Shown: positions 25,201-40,200 of the stretch, one piece after another
Numbering within the stretch: the first letter of the stretch is position 1
Layout: each line of letters starts with the position of its first letter
Program-made: the position numbers and the translations under genes
From: Phoronis australis
Lineage: Eukaryota > Animalia > Phoronida
Assembly: GCA_002633005.1 (NCBI GenBank)
Contig: NMRA01000244.1
Location: forward strand, 1 to 64,000
Length of the DNA stretch: 64,000 nucleotides
Reading direction: 5' to 3'
The notes under the pieces: generated by a model
What the model was told of the DNA's origin: nothing
The model's input: the letters and a program-made list of their open reading frames with translations, nothing else
Database searches by the model: none

Positions 25201-28200
25201 AATCATGAAAGGAATTTTAATCAAGTTATGCTTCGGTCTGACACTCGTGGACATCATGTGATATGTTCACATCCTCTGATGTCATGACCCTTAAACCACT
25301 GAGTCACCCAAAGAAGCGAACCCCCAAAAATTGTATGAAATTCATTTTTTTTTCTTTTGGAAAGAACAGAGACAGTCGGTGCAAACTGCATCCTTTCATT
25401 TGATTCAGTTCTCGGTCGTGAAAAGATTATCTTATGCACTGACTTATTTTAAGTCTACAAATTTCAAAACAAAAGCAATTCCATCACATTAACATACACC
25501 CATGGTGTACCACAAAAAGATGTTTTTAGATGCCCCTATGAGGTGCTGCAGCAGTCAAATCCACCAGGAGGCGCTGCAGATTTAGTGCCAACATTTGAAA
25601 GGAAAAAATAAAGTAAATTAGTAATAAATGCAGAATTTCTTTTATCTTTTTCTTGGGTCACACTGGGTGTGTGTCAGGCAAACCAGTAAAGTTTCAAGTG
25701 CTAAGAATGTTGGTTTTAACTCCAAAAGCTATGAAGACAGTTAAGTGACAAGTCAAGGCTATCCATCCACAGAGTATAACAGACAGCGGAATGAAACTCA
25801 TAATGATTTGTTCTTGACAATGACATGACATCAACAAGGAAAAGTTACATCCACAGTACACAACGGCATCTCACAGACAACTTGATTTCAATGAAGAACA
25901 CAGGAAATCAACCAGGCGAGTGGTAAAATATGAGTAAAGAATGACATGATATGACGGAGTATTACTTCATACACATAGAGCCCAAACCGTGAAACATAAA
26001 TGCCTGCACAAACCCAACACATTAACTACCTTTTCAGTCAGCGTGGTGGTATGGACATATTTTTTCCTGGGCATTTTGCCACAGTGTGTCAGCTCTGTAG
26101 CGTTAATCACTGCCTCGTTCACAGCAGGACGGTGGGGTTTACTGCCCGACTGAAATAAATGGTACAATGATTAGGATTCGTAGATCTGCAAATTGACGCC
26201 AATGCACCAATACGCAACGCTACGCCTGTGCTGAGAATTAAACGCATGCAACTATGTTGTGAACCATTTGGATGGAACAAAAGAGCAAATGTTTGGAACA
26301 TCATGCGAGTTAAAATTATCTGCTACAAAACGGTTGGTGTGGTATAGGTTGGCATGTATTGAAAATTAGTTCTAACTAATAAGAAATAATGAACATGTTT
26401 AAATTTATATCGCTTAATAAACATCACAGGAAAAATGGACAGTAAATAAACAAAAAATGCACAGCTGAAGAAATGTCAACACCAGGGAGAGCCACCTTCT
26501 GTAAGAGAGTCTTATGTGTGAAACACTTGGCAACGAAAAATTATGCTGGTGAAAACATTTTGTTTCAGATATAAGCCCATGGACTGACATACGCTCATAC
26601 GGCAACGCTATGAGGGATAAGACCGAAGGAGAAATAACAAGTCTCTAGTAAATCCAATTAGACTGTTTTATCTTATCAAACATTAATTAAACAGTTGAGA
26701 CAATGTACCAATTAGTCAACACCACATTAACACAATTTTCACAAAGGTGTGTTGCATGCTGGGAGTCAAATGCAGGTTAACAAATACAGCTGAAGTAAAT
26801 TTAAGAATTAGTCGAGAACTGAGACATAGCATCCAAAATTGTGTGCTTTTCATTTTCATATGAATAAACCCAAGACAATAAAATCCACTGACCTCTGACA
26901 CCTGACCTCTAACCTACCTCCATCCTATCCAATTGAATCTGCAGCTGACACTGCCAGATCAGCAACTGAAGCTCATTCAGCCAATCATCTGAATCACCGA
27001 TGTCAGGTGTCTTGCTAAGCCAATCAAACGCCAGCTGACAAATGAGCAGCTTCTCTTCATTACTCTGGGCTACTTGACTCATAGACTAAAATGGATATGA
27101 CAGTGAGATTACACTGATTGTGAATAATATATTAAATGTATTTAAAAAACTTCATCCAAGACAAATGTTTTTTTTTGTAAATGATTGGACAAACTTTGGC
27201 TTCTAAGCTGATACTGTATCTGGTGGTCCTCACAAATACCTGCAAATTAAGATGGTTAAGATACACATTCTAGTTGGGCTATGAAGTCCCCAGGCCAGGT
27301 CAGGCTACTGTGTAAAGAGTGGACCGTGCAGTAGTGTTAACAGTCTTCTCTGTTCCCAAGTCAGCAAACAAAAAAAAAACTTGCCAATAAGTAAAAAAGC
27401 GTGATTGGGGCTGCTCAAATCCAACACATCAGCTGGGAAATGGGATTATACCAATTAATTTGAGAAAATTACATGATTTAATTATTATTTTTTCAATTAC
27501 AATCACAACACCACAGACAGTGGTTTACTCACTTGGAAGAACTTAGCAGCCATGTCAGGTCTGATCTGGTGCCTTAGGTACACTTCAGAGCAGGATTTCC
27601 AAAATTCTGTCCGAACCTCTGGTTCCTTCCACGAACCCGACTTCATAGCAGTATCGAATTCCCACCTCATCTGAACACACATGAATAGGATAAGGCAGGT
27701 GCTTCCCAAAACTAACAAACAGTGAAATTATGAGAATTTAACACTGTAATAAAATTACTCAGTTTATTACGATTTCCCTCGATATAACTCCTTAACTTAG
27801 GAACAACATCTTTCTCTCAAAAATTTCCATAGTTCTTTATTATTCCAACTAATGCTGTCTTGTGATAGTAAAATCGTCACATACAAATGTAATCTAATCA
27901 CATTTATTTCCCAATGTATTTCAGATTTTTATATAAACAGTCAACCACAGACCTCATTAATGGTGATGTCATCTCTGGGCAGGCCACAGATGGCAGCACA
28001 AGTCCTCGCCTCACTGTACATGTGTTTCTCTTGTAGAAGAGTCAACACATTGGAACATTCCTTGACGCGGGCTTCCTCAGCGCCATCTAGTAGTGAAGCG
28101 AAGTGAACACTCACTGCACACGTGTGAGCTATCTGTTGTAATTGGCATAACTTGTTGAAGTCCAGAACTGAAACAGTTACACATGTTGGGAAACAATGAA

Positions 28201-31200
28201 ACAATGGCTACTTATACACCAGAGACACTGATTGGTCAATTGCTAACAAAAGGTAACTGACAGCCTTTGATATGTTTCATCAAAATATTTTCTAAAATGG
28301 AAAGTTTTAACCCCTTATAAACAACATATTTTTAGAATTTTGGGTGTCAGAGTATTACTAATTAAATACGTGAAAAAAATTATTGGAATTTGTAGTCATG
28401 TGATCACATTTTTTCCGTAAGACTACTTAATGAAGATGGTCATAACTCTCAGAAACTTGAAAATTTTCACTTGAAACTTACAAAATCAATTAATATTCAT
28501 TTGTTTTTAGTTTAATACTGAAAAGTATCTAAAATTCACTTCCGGGGCTTAGTAGCTTTAGCAATAATTCAAAAATGAAGACTTCAACATCCAGCAACAA
28601 TTCATGGAATGAGAAATGTTTTTTGAGTCTAATGTAACAATGAATTAAGAAACAGAACTCCAAATTTCGAGGCAAAAATTTTCAGTGTCTTGTGAAAGTT
28701 ACGACGAACTATGAATTTTTTTCTTACTAGAAAAACAGGGTCAAATAACTACACACCATTCAAACAATGTTTCAAAGGCTTAATATGTTTCCGTGCTCAC
28801 CAACCACCGACTGTAAAAAATCCGTTTCATCCGTCAGAACTAGGCATTTAGAAAACATTTGAAGGCATGTGACCCTTGCTACTGAAGGCAGATAACCATT
28901 TACTCTAAAATCTCAATAAAAACATAATTCAGCCACTCGTCATTCACAATTAAAATTTTTGCTCAAACAGGAAATCATAAAAGCTACAAACCCTCTTGAC
29001 ATGCGAGAACTCGTGCTATGTTACTGTGATCCAGTGCTCGTAACATATCAAGGCGCCAATAGGACGACTCTTCACTTAACAACATGTGACGAATCATCAT
29101 CGTAGCCATCTTCTGAGTCCATGAAACTTGACTGACAGTCTCCGAGTTCTTAGACAGCTGACACTGTAAAACAGTTCAGGAATCAACTACACTCTGACAC
29201 GGCAATTACACTAGATTTATTATGGGAAATGCCCTAAATAAAAAAACATGAATGAAATTAAGCTGGAGCATTTTCGCAACGGCCAATACTATTAGCAAGA
29301 TTCCAGATAAAAATATTTAACTGACAACATAGGCGGATACAGTGGGTTCAAAGGTGTTCAGACCCCCTTTTTCCCTTGATTTTAGAGCTATCAAGTCCTA
29401 GAATTTTCAAATTCTTGGATGGACTGCCCATTCTAAAAAAACCCTTGATCCGACCCCCCNNNNNNNNNNNNNNNNNNNNNNNNNNNNNNNNNNNNNNNNN
29501 NNNNNNNNNNNNNNNNNNNNNNNNNNNNNNNNNNNNNNNNNNNNNNNNNNNNNNNNNNNNNNNNNNNNNNNNNNNNNNNNNNNNNNNNNNNNNNNNNNNN
29601 NNNNNNNNNNNNNNNNNNNNNNNNNNNNNNNNNNNNNNNNNNNNNNNNNNNNNNNNNNNNNNNNNNNNNNNNNNNNNNNNNNNNNNNNNNNNNNNNNNNN
29701 NNNNNNNNNNNNNNNNNNNNNNNNNNNNNNNNNNNNNNNNNNNNNNNNNNNNNNNNNNNNNNNNNNNNNNNNNNNNNNNNNNNNNNNNNNNNNNNNNNNN
29801 NNNNNNNNNNNNNNNNNNNNNNNNNNNNNNNNNNNNNNNNNNNNNNNNNNNNNNNNNNNNNNNNNNNNNNNNNNNNNNNNNNNNNNNNNNNNNNNNNNNN
29901 NNNNNNNNNNNNNNNNNNNNNNNNNNNNNNNNNNNNNNNNNNNNNNNNNNNNNNNNNNNNNNNNNNNNNNNNNNNNNNNNNNNNNNNNNNNNNNNNNNNN
30001 NNNNNNNNNNNNNNNNNNNNNNNNNNNNNNNNNNNNNNNNNNNNNNNNNNNNNNNNNNNNNNGTTTTAAAAAATGCTGGATCTGCCCCTGGACACTAATC
30101 AAAAAGACAAAGAATAAGATGGTACCAAACTATAAAAGATATTAATCACAATTAGAACTAACACTTTGAAGTTAGTAGAATTCAATTTACCAGATGTGTC
30201 GAAGCAGGATGGGCGCACAGACACACATACCTTATACATGGTGTTCTTGAAGAGTTCCAAGAAAGATTGACCACTGTCCATAACTCTGTCTTCAAACTGA
30301 CTGTAGAAATGAAGGAATGGAAGAAGGGGACTCTCCTGTAATTACGGCATGAGATACACATCTCAACAGTACTCATCTGGAGACTTTGTGTCAGTGTGGC
30401 TGATAACTATCGTGGTTATTGAAAATTATATTTAGCAATTGGCAAACGGCATCCATACTTTAATAATCTATTCCGTTCTCCGCCTACATCACTTCCTCTC
30501 AATCTCCGCTCTCAATCTCCGCTCTCACTCCTAGAGTTCATTCCATTCTCAGGACTCTTTCACCACTGTGACACATGACAACAACATGTCCATGCTGCAC
30601 AGTAAATGAGCATCTTACAGCTAATACCCAAATAAATGGATCCAGAAAACCAAGTTATGTTATACCCTCACTGTGTTCATTTCTTGAAATACCATGATAT
30701 GAACATATTACAGTCAATAGGCAAATCAATGGAGACAATAAACCAAGTTATCTTATACCCTCACTGTGTTCATTTCTTGAAATACCACAATATGAACATA
30801 TTACAGTCAATAGGCAAATCAATGGAGACAGTATAACACATTAAAACAAATCTATTGAATGTTCATTGTGTTCATGTCTTGACATACCTTATTGAAGATC
30901 TTAAAGCCAGTGACCAGTGTTGCCGTCCACTTCCTCTGACAATACGCCATACAGAGGTTAGTGAGGTCATCGTACGTCCAGACACGATACTCAGCAGATG
31001 TGTAGGAGTGTAGCAACACATCGCAAGTCTGGCGGTCAGCAGACATCAACAGCCACACACAGAGAGTGTCAACAAAGCAACTCTCCTACAAATAGAAGCC
31101 AAAATGCAGAATGAACTACAACTGGAAAAATAATAGAAGTGGCACCTCATGTGGTCCCTGGCCTCAAATAACGAACTGTCAGTTCTTCCTCAGCCAAGCG

Positions 31201-34200
31201 ATAACTTCAATACTGAGTGAGAAGAAAGACAAAACCAATTTTACAAATATGGTAAGTGACTTAACTACAGATTGGTTTTTGGAAAAAGCATGTTTTTTTA
31301 ACCCGGCCTTAAATTAACGCTTTTAAACAATGAACAGACACGCATAAAACACAGGAAAAGAGAATACATTAAGTTAGTATTGCCGTTTCAGGTGGAGATA
31401 TCGGATCAAACATGGCAATTGCACAAGAAATTTGAGCTTATTCTAAAATTCTTCCCAAGGACCAGTAACTACCTGTAATGAGGCGTCCCCTATGAGATGA
31501 CAATATCATATCTGAAACATGATTGTAATAGCACAAAAGCTTCTCTTTAGAGCTTGTGCGACAATTTTCAAATGAAGTTTTTGTAGTCCTGGCTCCAACA
31601 TGAAAGATGGAACTGATGTAACAAACAGGTGGAAAATGTGAAGTTCACAAAATTGTAGATAAAGGCATGGATTATGAAGTCTAAAATGTATCTAGTCCAG
31701 CATAGCTTCCTGTCTGAATGATGTTACCTTGAAACAGGCCGCAAATACAGCAAGCACAGGGTTATGAAGGACCACGGCATGGCTGAGTAGAGCTCTCCAG
31801 GGTTTGGAGGTAGATAGACATGTGAAGAGAACTCCAAATATGTCATTTGGAATAAGCTCTTTGTTGACCACAAAATGTTCTGAAGATAAAACAGACAAAT
31901 ATGCAGTAGTGCCAAAACTCCAATTATTAATTAACAACTTAAGGCAACAATCTAAATGCACCTTAAAACTCAACCTGAACAACATGAAAAGCGATAGATA
32001 AAAAGCCTAATAATTATTGGAAAGTCAACTTTAATGATAAAAGCTCATAGGTTTCATTTAATTAGTAATCTAATAAATCTAGTTTAGTAAATGAGAAAGT
32101 CACATTTTTAGCTCAAGTTGAATACAGGCAAACTCTAGAATGATATGAAATGTAGAGAACTGTTCAGCAATAAAGACAAATCTTGAGAAAAAAATAAGAT
32201 GAACTTGTCCAGGTGCAAACAATTGTCTGGGCCCTGAAAGGCTCATTCCTACCCTCTGCTGGAGTCTGCTCTGACTCCTGTTCTCCGCAACTCTCTGAAG
32301 TCGTCGTTACGTCATCTTCACTGGAACTTGTCACACCTGATGTAAAAATAGCAAAATGCATTCAAAATTATTTCGCACTTGATAGGATGTTCGAAATTAA
32401 AAAAATGGAACTTTTGTGCCACTTTCATTGAGCAATGCCATAAATATCAGTGAACTCACTCATCCAGAAATGTGTTCTCAATATGGCCAAAGCCAAGCAA
32501 GACAAAGTGACTCGTAACTAACCTTGTTACAGTAGTAGATGGAGCCCATTTATAAGGTGAATACAATGAGTTTTGTATCATGTTAAATCTGCGGTCACAG
32601 TGTTGCATTATGGGAGTAAACGGTAAATCTGTCGCAGTGCTCTATACAATACATTATCAAGCCAATAAATCTGACCAGTGGTACGTCACAAATGCCAAGG
32701 TTACATGACGGCACACCTGACCTCGACACTTACCTTGATCCTTCTGTACACCCACCACAGACAGGAAGGAAGCGCGAAAGTCTTTGTCATGGAAACTCTT
32801 TTGTTTAACCATTGCTGCCTGTTTCTTCCCCGCCGACTCGTTCCTCTGACTCCGGGCATTCTCCAGCACATAATACAGATGCTCCTTCAGGCTGGAACTC
32901 TTGAACTTGGATGATAGTTCCAACAGCTACAACACAATACAGACGAAGTCATAGTAAGCCACGAGGAGGTTGCTAGGCAACCTTTGTCTGCAGTAACTTG
33001 GTATGCGGCACCTTTACATAAATACAAATACAATTCTTTTCTTAGCAGCAGAATAAATCTAAACATTCTGCTTCAAATTCGTGAACCAAGAAATTAACTG
33101 GAATGTCCTAATACAGAACAAATGCCCGGAAGATTCTGTAAACAGCCAAACCTGTTGCCGTGGATACTGGTGAACTTGAGAGAAGTAAAGGAACATGAGC
33201 CAATCATCTTCTCTAGCACAGTGGGTCAGAAAGGCTGTTGTCAAGGGCAACCGATGGAGATGACAGAACAGAATGACCAGGTGCCATCTGAGGCTGGCTT
33301 CGAACGATGTTCTGAAAAAGATAACGACACACCTAATACACATCAACACTCAAACACCAATTGGCATTCTAAAAAATCACCTGTATCGAAACAAACTGAG
33401 TAAAACAAAGTACAAATTATTCTAAACAGTAACACGGTCATGGAAAATTTGTTGTTTCACATTTATTTTTGTGAAGCTTAACTTTTGAACTCAACTCAGC
33501 CTGATAGACAGCAAACACTGACCTTTGAACTCCACTTCTGTCGAGCTGCCAGTCTACAGCTTTCTCCAGAAGGGGGAGCAGCTGCATGCCACACTTGCAC
33601 TTCTTGAAGCATTTTACCAACAGGTTAACTGAAAATATTTTGAAGGTTTTCCCTGAGTTTTCATTTATCCTATGGGGTCAAATGATACAAGCTACAAGAT
33701 GAGCCATTCATAGTGATGTCAAAGATATAATAATAGCCTCTGTCAAGAGCATTTTGTGATTGTCAGAGGTGACAAACTTAACACCAATAGCTGAGTGACC
33801 AGTCCTTGAACAATGCCTGAATATCTCAGTACTGGCTGAGGTGTGATTTTTTTGTCAATTATGAAGCAAGGCCAATATGATAGGCATCACAATTATTACA
33901 TTCAATACAGTAAACAGCAAGACTCTTACTCACTACACACTAAGTGGTCAAGAGATACCAATACAGCTACAAATACAGCAGAATAAACAAAATTCAGGTT
34001 TGTGTTCACACGCATCATTCTGAGTCATCCAAATGAATGTTTTATATTCAAAACACAAACATCACATTGAGGATGTATTTTTAAGAAAACAACAACGGTT
34101 TTAAGACTTGACATGTTTCGGTGTCATTTATTCAACACCATCCTCAGAAGTGATAATACAGTGGATATATTTTCATTCAATTTTTTTTTTAAAGTAAAAT

Positions 34201-37200
34201 TTGCATGATCCAAATGTTACCATGGCGACGAGGTATGCACAAATCAGTTAGAACCTACCGACTTCAGTACGGTGCACCTTCTCTGCCTCTCTCCGGCCCT
34301 TACCAAGGATGTGACTATTTTTATATGCGTAGAGTACAGTAGCGACCTCTAGTTGTACTCGGAGTAAACTACTGTCTCTGCCTAAGAGTTCTGTGAACAC
34401 GATGCATGCAACAGCAATGTGACTCTCTTTGAAGTACTTGAGTGCATAGATGTGGGCCTTCTGACAGGCGATTGTGACTCTGTAAAGATAGAGCAGAATT
34501 TTAAGGAGAGGTTCAAGCTTGGTCAATCGTACATAATTTTCTAAATTACTGTAATGACCACAAGCTTGTATTTCCTTGCTCTCTTACTAATTACAGATGA
34601 GTAAGGACAATTAGAAGACTATCTAACACACTATTGGCCTATTAACAGATACTAAAACAACTTTTCCATCCAGTTCTCCGAAATAAAATAATGCCCTGTC
34701 ACCCTCGACAACCCTAAAAAATTTGTGAGGAAAGTTTGAAAACTCCTTTCAAAGTCTGCGAAATGGGTAAGCGTGACCTACACTTTTAGCGAATTACACG
34801 GCAACTGTGGGGAAAGACCATCCACCAAGGGCCGTAATACCCAATTTGTGAGTACGAGTTTTTAGTCGATTCCTGCTTTTATCGTTTGCAGTTGATGCCA
34901 ATGATGCATTGGCAGGTGACAGAACGAGGCTTGGTTGAAATTACCAAAACAGGGTTTAGTATCCTTTCAAGCTTGCCAAAAATATTGAAAATAAAGCTTT
35001 TCCAACAGTGCATTCTGAGCCTGGCAAACCTAGTCTCCTAACGACCATTGCTGTTCAAGCTTGATAAAAATTGCTGGTTTATAACATAATTTAAGGTGGC
35101 TCTCTTTCACTAATTCTGTTACCAAGCAAAACACATTTTATACCCATGATTATCAAAATACACGTATAATTCAAAAGGCCTGTTCTTACAGTACACATAA
35201 GGTCAACTACATTAAAATAAAGATGCCTATCAAATTACTAGCAAGGTTATGCAAGCTTAAGATAGAATCTTGAATAACGCAGGCCCAAAGGGTTTGAATA
35301 TTGTTCACGGTTGAATAATACTGAATTGACACTGGTCAAGCATAAACAATACGGGTCAACCTTGAATTAAACTAGTCAAGTTTGAATAATACCGGTCAAG
35401 TTTGCATAACACTGGGCAAGCTTGAATAATACTGGGCGACCTTGATTCATTTAATACAAACAGATCAAGCTTGAATAATACCATACAGTCAAGTTTGAAA
35501 AATACTGGGCAAGCTTGACTAATACTGGGCAAGCTTGAATAAGGTGCATGAAAAGGATGAAACTTCACTAATCCATAATCAAAAAATTCCAATCCACACT
35601 TAATTGCACAACGTTTTACTTTTTACTAGAGAAGGTTGAAGCGCCATCTTTTATTAGTTGTCTGATGAAGGCCGTAAAGGCGAATGATGGCCGCCCCTGT
35701 CTGAGGTAGTAGAGGAAACCAAGGTGGTCGCGATGAGCAAACTTGTCCACAAGATCAGGCTGGGAGAAGTGGGGCATGTCTTGAAGACTCACTGCAATGG
35801 AAAGATGGATGGATGTAATGCAAATAAGTGACTGTATACCATAGGTGTCTAAATGTCTGGGACTTGGGAAGTTGCGTTAAGCTATGGACTTACAGCTGTT
35901 CTGACTTGTTAATGTCATAAAATGTGACAGAAAGTGTAATAGAGGACAAAAAATATATCGATATAGTTTGACTTGCTGAATAATTTTACGTGAATAAGCG
36001 GTGTTCTAAAGCAAATTATTAATGATTTTACAAACAAAAATTGTTAAGACAATCAGCAAGATGCTTATTTTACACAGCCAAGTCTGACTTAAAGTGCCAT
36101 CAGCGGACATGTTTAGTTACGATGCAATCACACAGTTAACTGAGATGAAACTAACAAAAAGTTTATTGTCGGCATTAGGTTAAATTATTTGACTCTTGGA
36201 CGCACCCAAAATGTCTTCAGAGCTAATTTCTAAATCTGTCATTCAGCTTAACGCCCAACTCATCTAATACAAAATATAACTTTAAAGGCTACTGGGCTGA
36301 TATAACTGTTGCTAGTTCACGTGATCAAGTTTTCAGTGCACTCTCACCATGTTCACCAGTAATAGTGTTATTTGTTGTCTGCCACGCGAACAGCTTGGAC
36401 GGATCAAAGGGGGCAGTGTGCTGAAAACGACAGTAAAATATCTCAGAGACAGTTAGAAATCACTGGAAATTAGCAAACGGTACTTCAAGAGCTGAATTAA
36501 CTTCATACAAAATTAATTTCTTAGTAACTTCTTGAACTGTAAAAGTCACTAAGTACGTAGTTCAACATCAACCATATCAACAGCATGCAGTCACAGAGCA
36601 TTCATAGCAGCTTGAGGTTTTTCCTGAAACAATTTCAAGTCTTTCAATTCAAAACAGTAACGTTTCTTTTGTTGTTATACTCACCTGTAAGTTGTCATAA
36701 CTTTCCAAAAGTTTGAAAGAACTGTACTTATTAAAAGTTATGAAATATCATCTTCGCATTTTACACAAGGACAATGACAGGTCAGGTGATATGTACACGA
36801 GCTCATTGTTACTAATTATATTAATTAAATCAAACACAACCCACAGACCACACACACACACAGCAAAAACAAACAACAAGTCATGTACCATCAGCAGTTG
36901 GTAGACACTGATGTCCTGACAGGTGGCTCCCTCTGGTGTGCTGTTCGCGAACAGCGCTGCCTGTAGTTTAGGATAAGAACTAAGGGCCTGTTGCATGTGA
37001 GACACATCTAGCTTGTAGAGGTCAGAGTTAAGGTCGCCGCTGAGGATCTGCATGGAATACGTGAGCTTTGTGAATCAAAACAGAGGTCAGAGGTCAGACA
37101 CCAAGTTAACCCTTTTAACAAAATGCAACCACGTTATTTCATGGTGATTTCATCCAAAACTGTTACTTCATCTGGTACAAAAAATCGTTATTCCGGTGGC

Positions 37201-40200
37201 ATTATGTCACAAAGGGCACACCGTGGTTCTAAGTGAGCAGTCCTGTCCATTAAGTGTTAAGGGTTGATGACAGATAATGAGCAACTTGCACTACATTTCA
37301 AATATTTAGTATTGTGACCGGCTAGTGTACTGAAAATCTGTTAGCAAGGTAATAAAGGGTTAATTCTCCTTTTGTAATTAAGATTGAGCAAACGTTCAAC
37401 TGAATGAAAACTGGTCTGATAATGTCAACTTCCAGATAAACAAACAAATGTCAAGATTTCAAATAGTCAAGAGAAACGACTCGATCAAAATTCCACAAAA
37501 AATATTCTCTACTCATGTCATGTCTAAAAATTTCAAAAGACCATTTTAATGAAGCACCAGCAACTGAGAAAGTGCAAAAATAAATCACTTTGCTTCCTAC
37601 CTTTTCCAGGCTATAGGGGGCGTACATGATGGAGGCTAAGGCTTGGATCACATGACCTCCTTCAATTAAGGTCATGATAGTGACCTGTGTCATGTCGTGA
37701 ATGAATCGAGCATTAGACAAACTGGCCTGGAACACGACACTGGGATCTGCAAACAAAGTGGCCAAGTAATTGAGATATACATTAAGGGTACATGGCTGGA
37801 GTTGGCATGGATCAGAGTACAGTATAATTGCTAGAGGCAGTGTAAGCACCTAATAACTAGTAAGTTTGTTCTTGTTTTTTTTCTGGTTTTTTGTTTTGTT
37901 TCCGTTTTTCAACATGGTTTCCACCGCCATTTCTTTTAGTCCAACGTAATAACTACGTGCTCTAAGTATTGAGTCCATTTGAAAGAAAAATAATTCAAGT
38001 ATCCTTGAACTATACTTGAAACACTCCAACACCGTTTCCAGCAGAAACATGACCAAGAGTTGCATATTACAATGAGAGACAGCCTGTGACGCCCATTGTT
38101 TATTTCCATGACAACACACATGAACCATCAGGCTACTTCCAATGGCATCCATTTTGCAAGTATGCGCTTAGCTGTGACCTTACTCACCAAAATAAGCATG
38201 GATTTACATAATTGTCTTGATCTCATGACACTCGCAAGATACACAATTACTGAAGAGACCCCTGCTAATTCTCACCTTGTATTTTATGCGCAACAACTCT
38301 GAACTTCACCAGCATATCCAACCAGCTACAAGTGTGGTCATGCAATTGCAAGGCTATCAAACCACCCTCGTCTAGACCAAGACTGAAAGACGGCAAAGAG
38401 TGATGAGTTTTTGTCACTAAATTTTGTTCAAACAAAAGAGATTCATAAAAATAAGTAAAGCCTTCAACTAAGAATTCACAAAACCAGCGTCCTGTAAATA
38501 TGGCATGAATTTACAGCAACCCAAAAATTTTAACCTTTCGGTAAGATCTTCTCAGACTACAGAAATGCATTTTAGACTAGTGGTCAGTATCATCAAGTAG
38601 AGGTCAACACAGTCAGTCATCTTTAAGTCACCATAGTGACACTAAAGCCACTAAGTACTGTGTAAACTGATATATTAGAAAGATATCAGAAAAAGGACAA
38701 CAGTGTTAAGGATATTATTTAGACCTTAAATCAACCTTACTGAGATGAGCACACTTTTGTCATCTTCATCAGTCCCAGGACTCACCTGAAGTAATCCAAG
38801 TAATAGTACAACACGTCAGGCAGGTGATGTTGTACACAGTAACTCACAAAATGATTGTGGAAACCAGGCAGGTCAAGGCTGTGAAGGTCAGGTCGAAGGT
38901 CAATTGGGTGTGGCGAGGTAATAGTGCTGTGATGACGGCTTAGTCGACGTAAGAGTTGTGAGAAGTCGCTCACCTCATGCGACGCGAACACTCCATGACT
39001 GAATAAAAAATTTAACAACATAGTTGTTACTGTGTTCAGTATGAATTGAACAACATAATTGTCACTGTGTCCAGTACAAGTATCAAATTACCACCATGAC
39101 AATCATGGTAATTAAATTCACAAGGAAAATGTTTGATTAAAACAACATGCAAACAACTTTTGAAACAAATTACAAGAAAATGATTAGTTCTGAATAGTTC
39201 TATTATTTAACAAAAGGTTGCTACTACAAGCATGTCAACTACAGACGGACGATATCAGTAGACGTAAACATGTCAAAGATTACGGTAACCATAATTTGAG
39301 TAAGTTTCAAGTCAGACCTGTTATACAACAAGTGATTTCAATGAGTTATAAGGAAGACAGCTACTTATCCATGTATGTTGAACAGGTTGTCAACACAAAG
39401 CCTATAACTGACAAGAACATATAAAGGGCACACACCTTGCCAACTCATCCAGGACACGTTCCCGTAGGGATGAGGTGCAATAATCCAGCTGACCTAGCAA
39501 TGTGACTGACAGGGGAGGCCTAGAAACACTGGACGTACTGCTGGTGAAACTATTTAGAAGCCACTGTTTCACACTCGACCAATCATTATGGTCCACCAGG
39601 TAGCGCCACAGAATGCCTGGTGCACATTCGTCAGGGACAGAGGATGAAAAGCCTGAAGATTTGAAACACTTGAAGCTTAGTACAAAATGTAATTCCTTGA
39701 CAAATCTCATTCAATTTTTTTAAATCATTCTCAAAAACTACGATTATCACTAACTTTAGTAAAAGTAAATGTCGGACTATTATGCAAAATGTCTTCCTTG
39801 GTATCACCTTTTTAGCATATTTCCCATAATTCAAATCTGTGTTTTATACCATGTGACTACACAAATATAGACCAATCCTAAGGGTTACATCAAGCCAAAG
39901 GCAACACTGCTTTTCCTCCGTCTATATGACCTGATATGCCCGAAGGATCTGCCTATATTTGTTTTGCTATACGACCACTTATGCTTCTTGCCTCTGATTT
40001 TTTCGTCTCTTGTTAGTTTCGCCTCTTCTTACTCCGATATACTGACATCCTTTACTCGCTTTGTTGAGAGAGTTTATTAGTTTCTTTGGCGTGCAATTGA
40101 TCCAATCCGGAGTAGCGACATTTGACTTACGGGCAACATGAATGAAGTTATATAACAGAGTTGGTACATAGCATACTATATCGAAAATTATCGTGCTGTG

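Noticed and set aside
29376-30102. 240-aa and 231-aa ORFs
   Set aside because: They are translations of the N-gap
37106-37363. piggyBac-like MITE (TTAACCCT..AGGGTTAA)
   Set aside because: Only ~6 bp of TIR and two competing right ends; insufficient support
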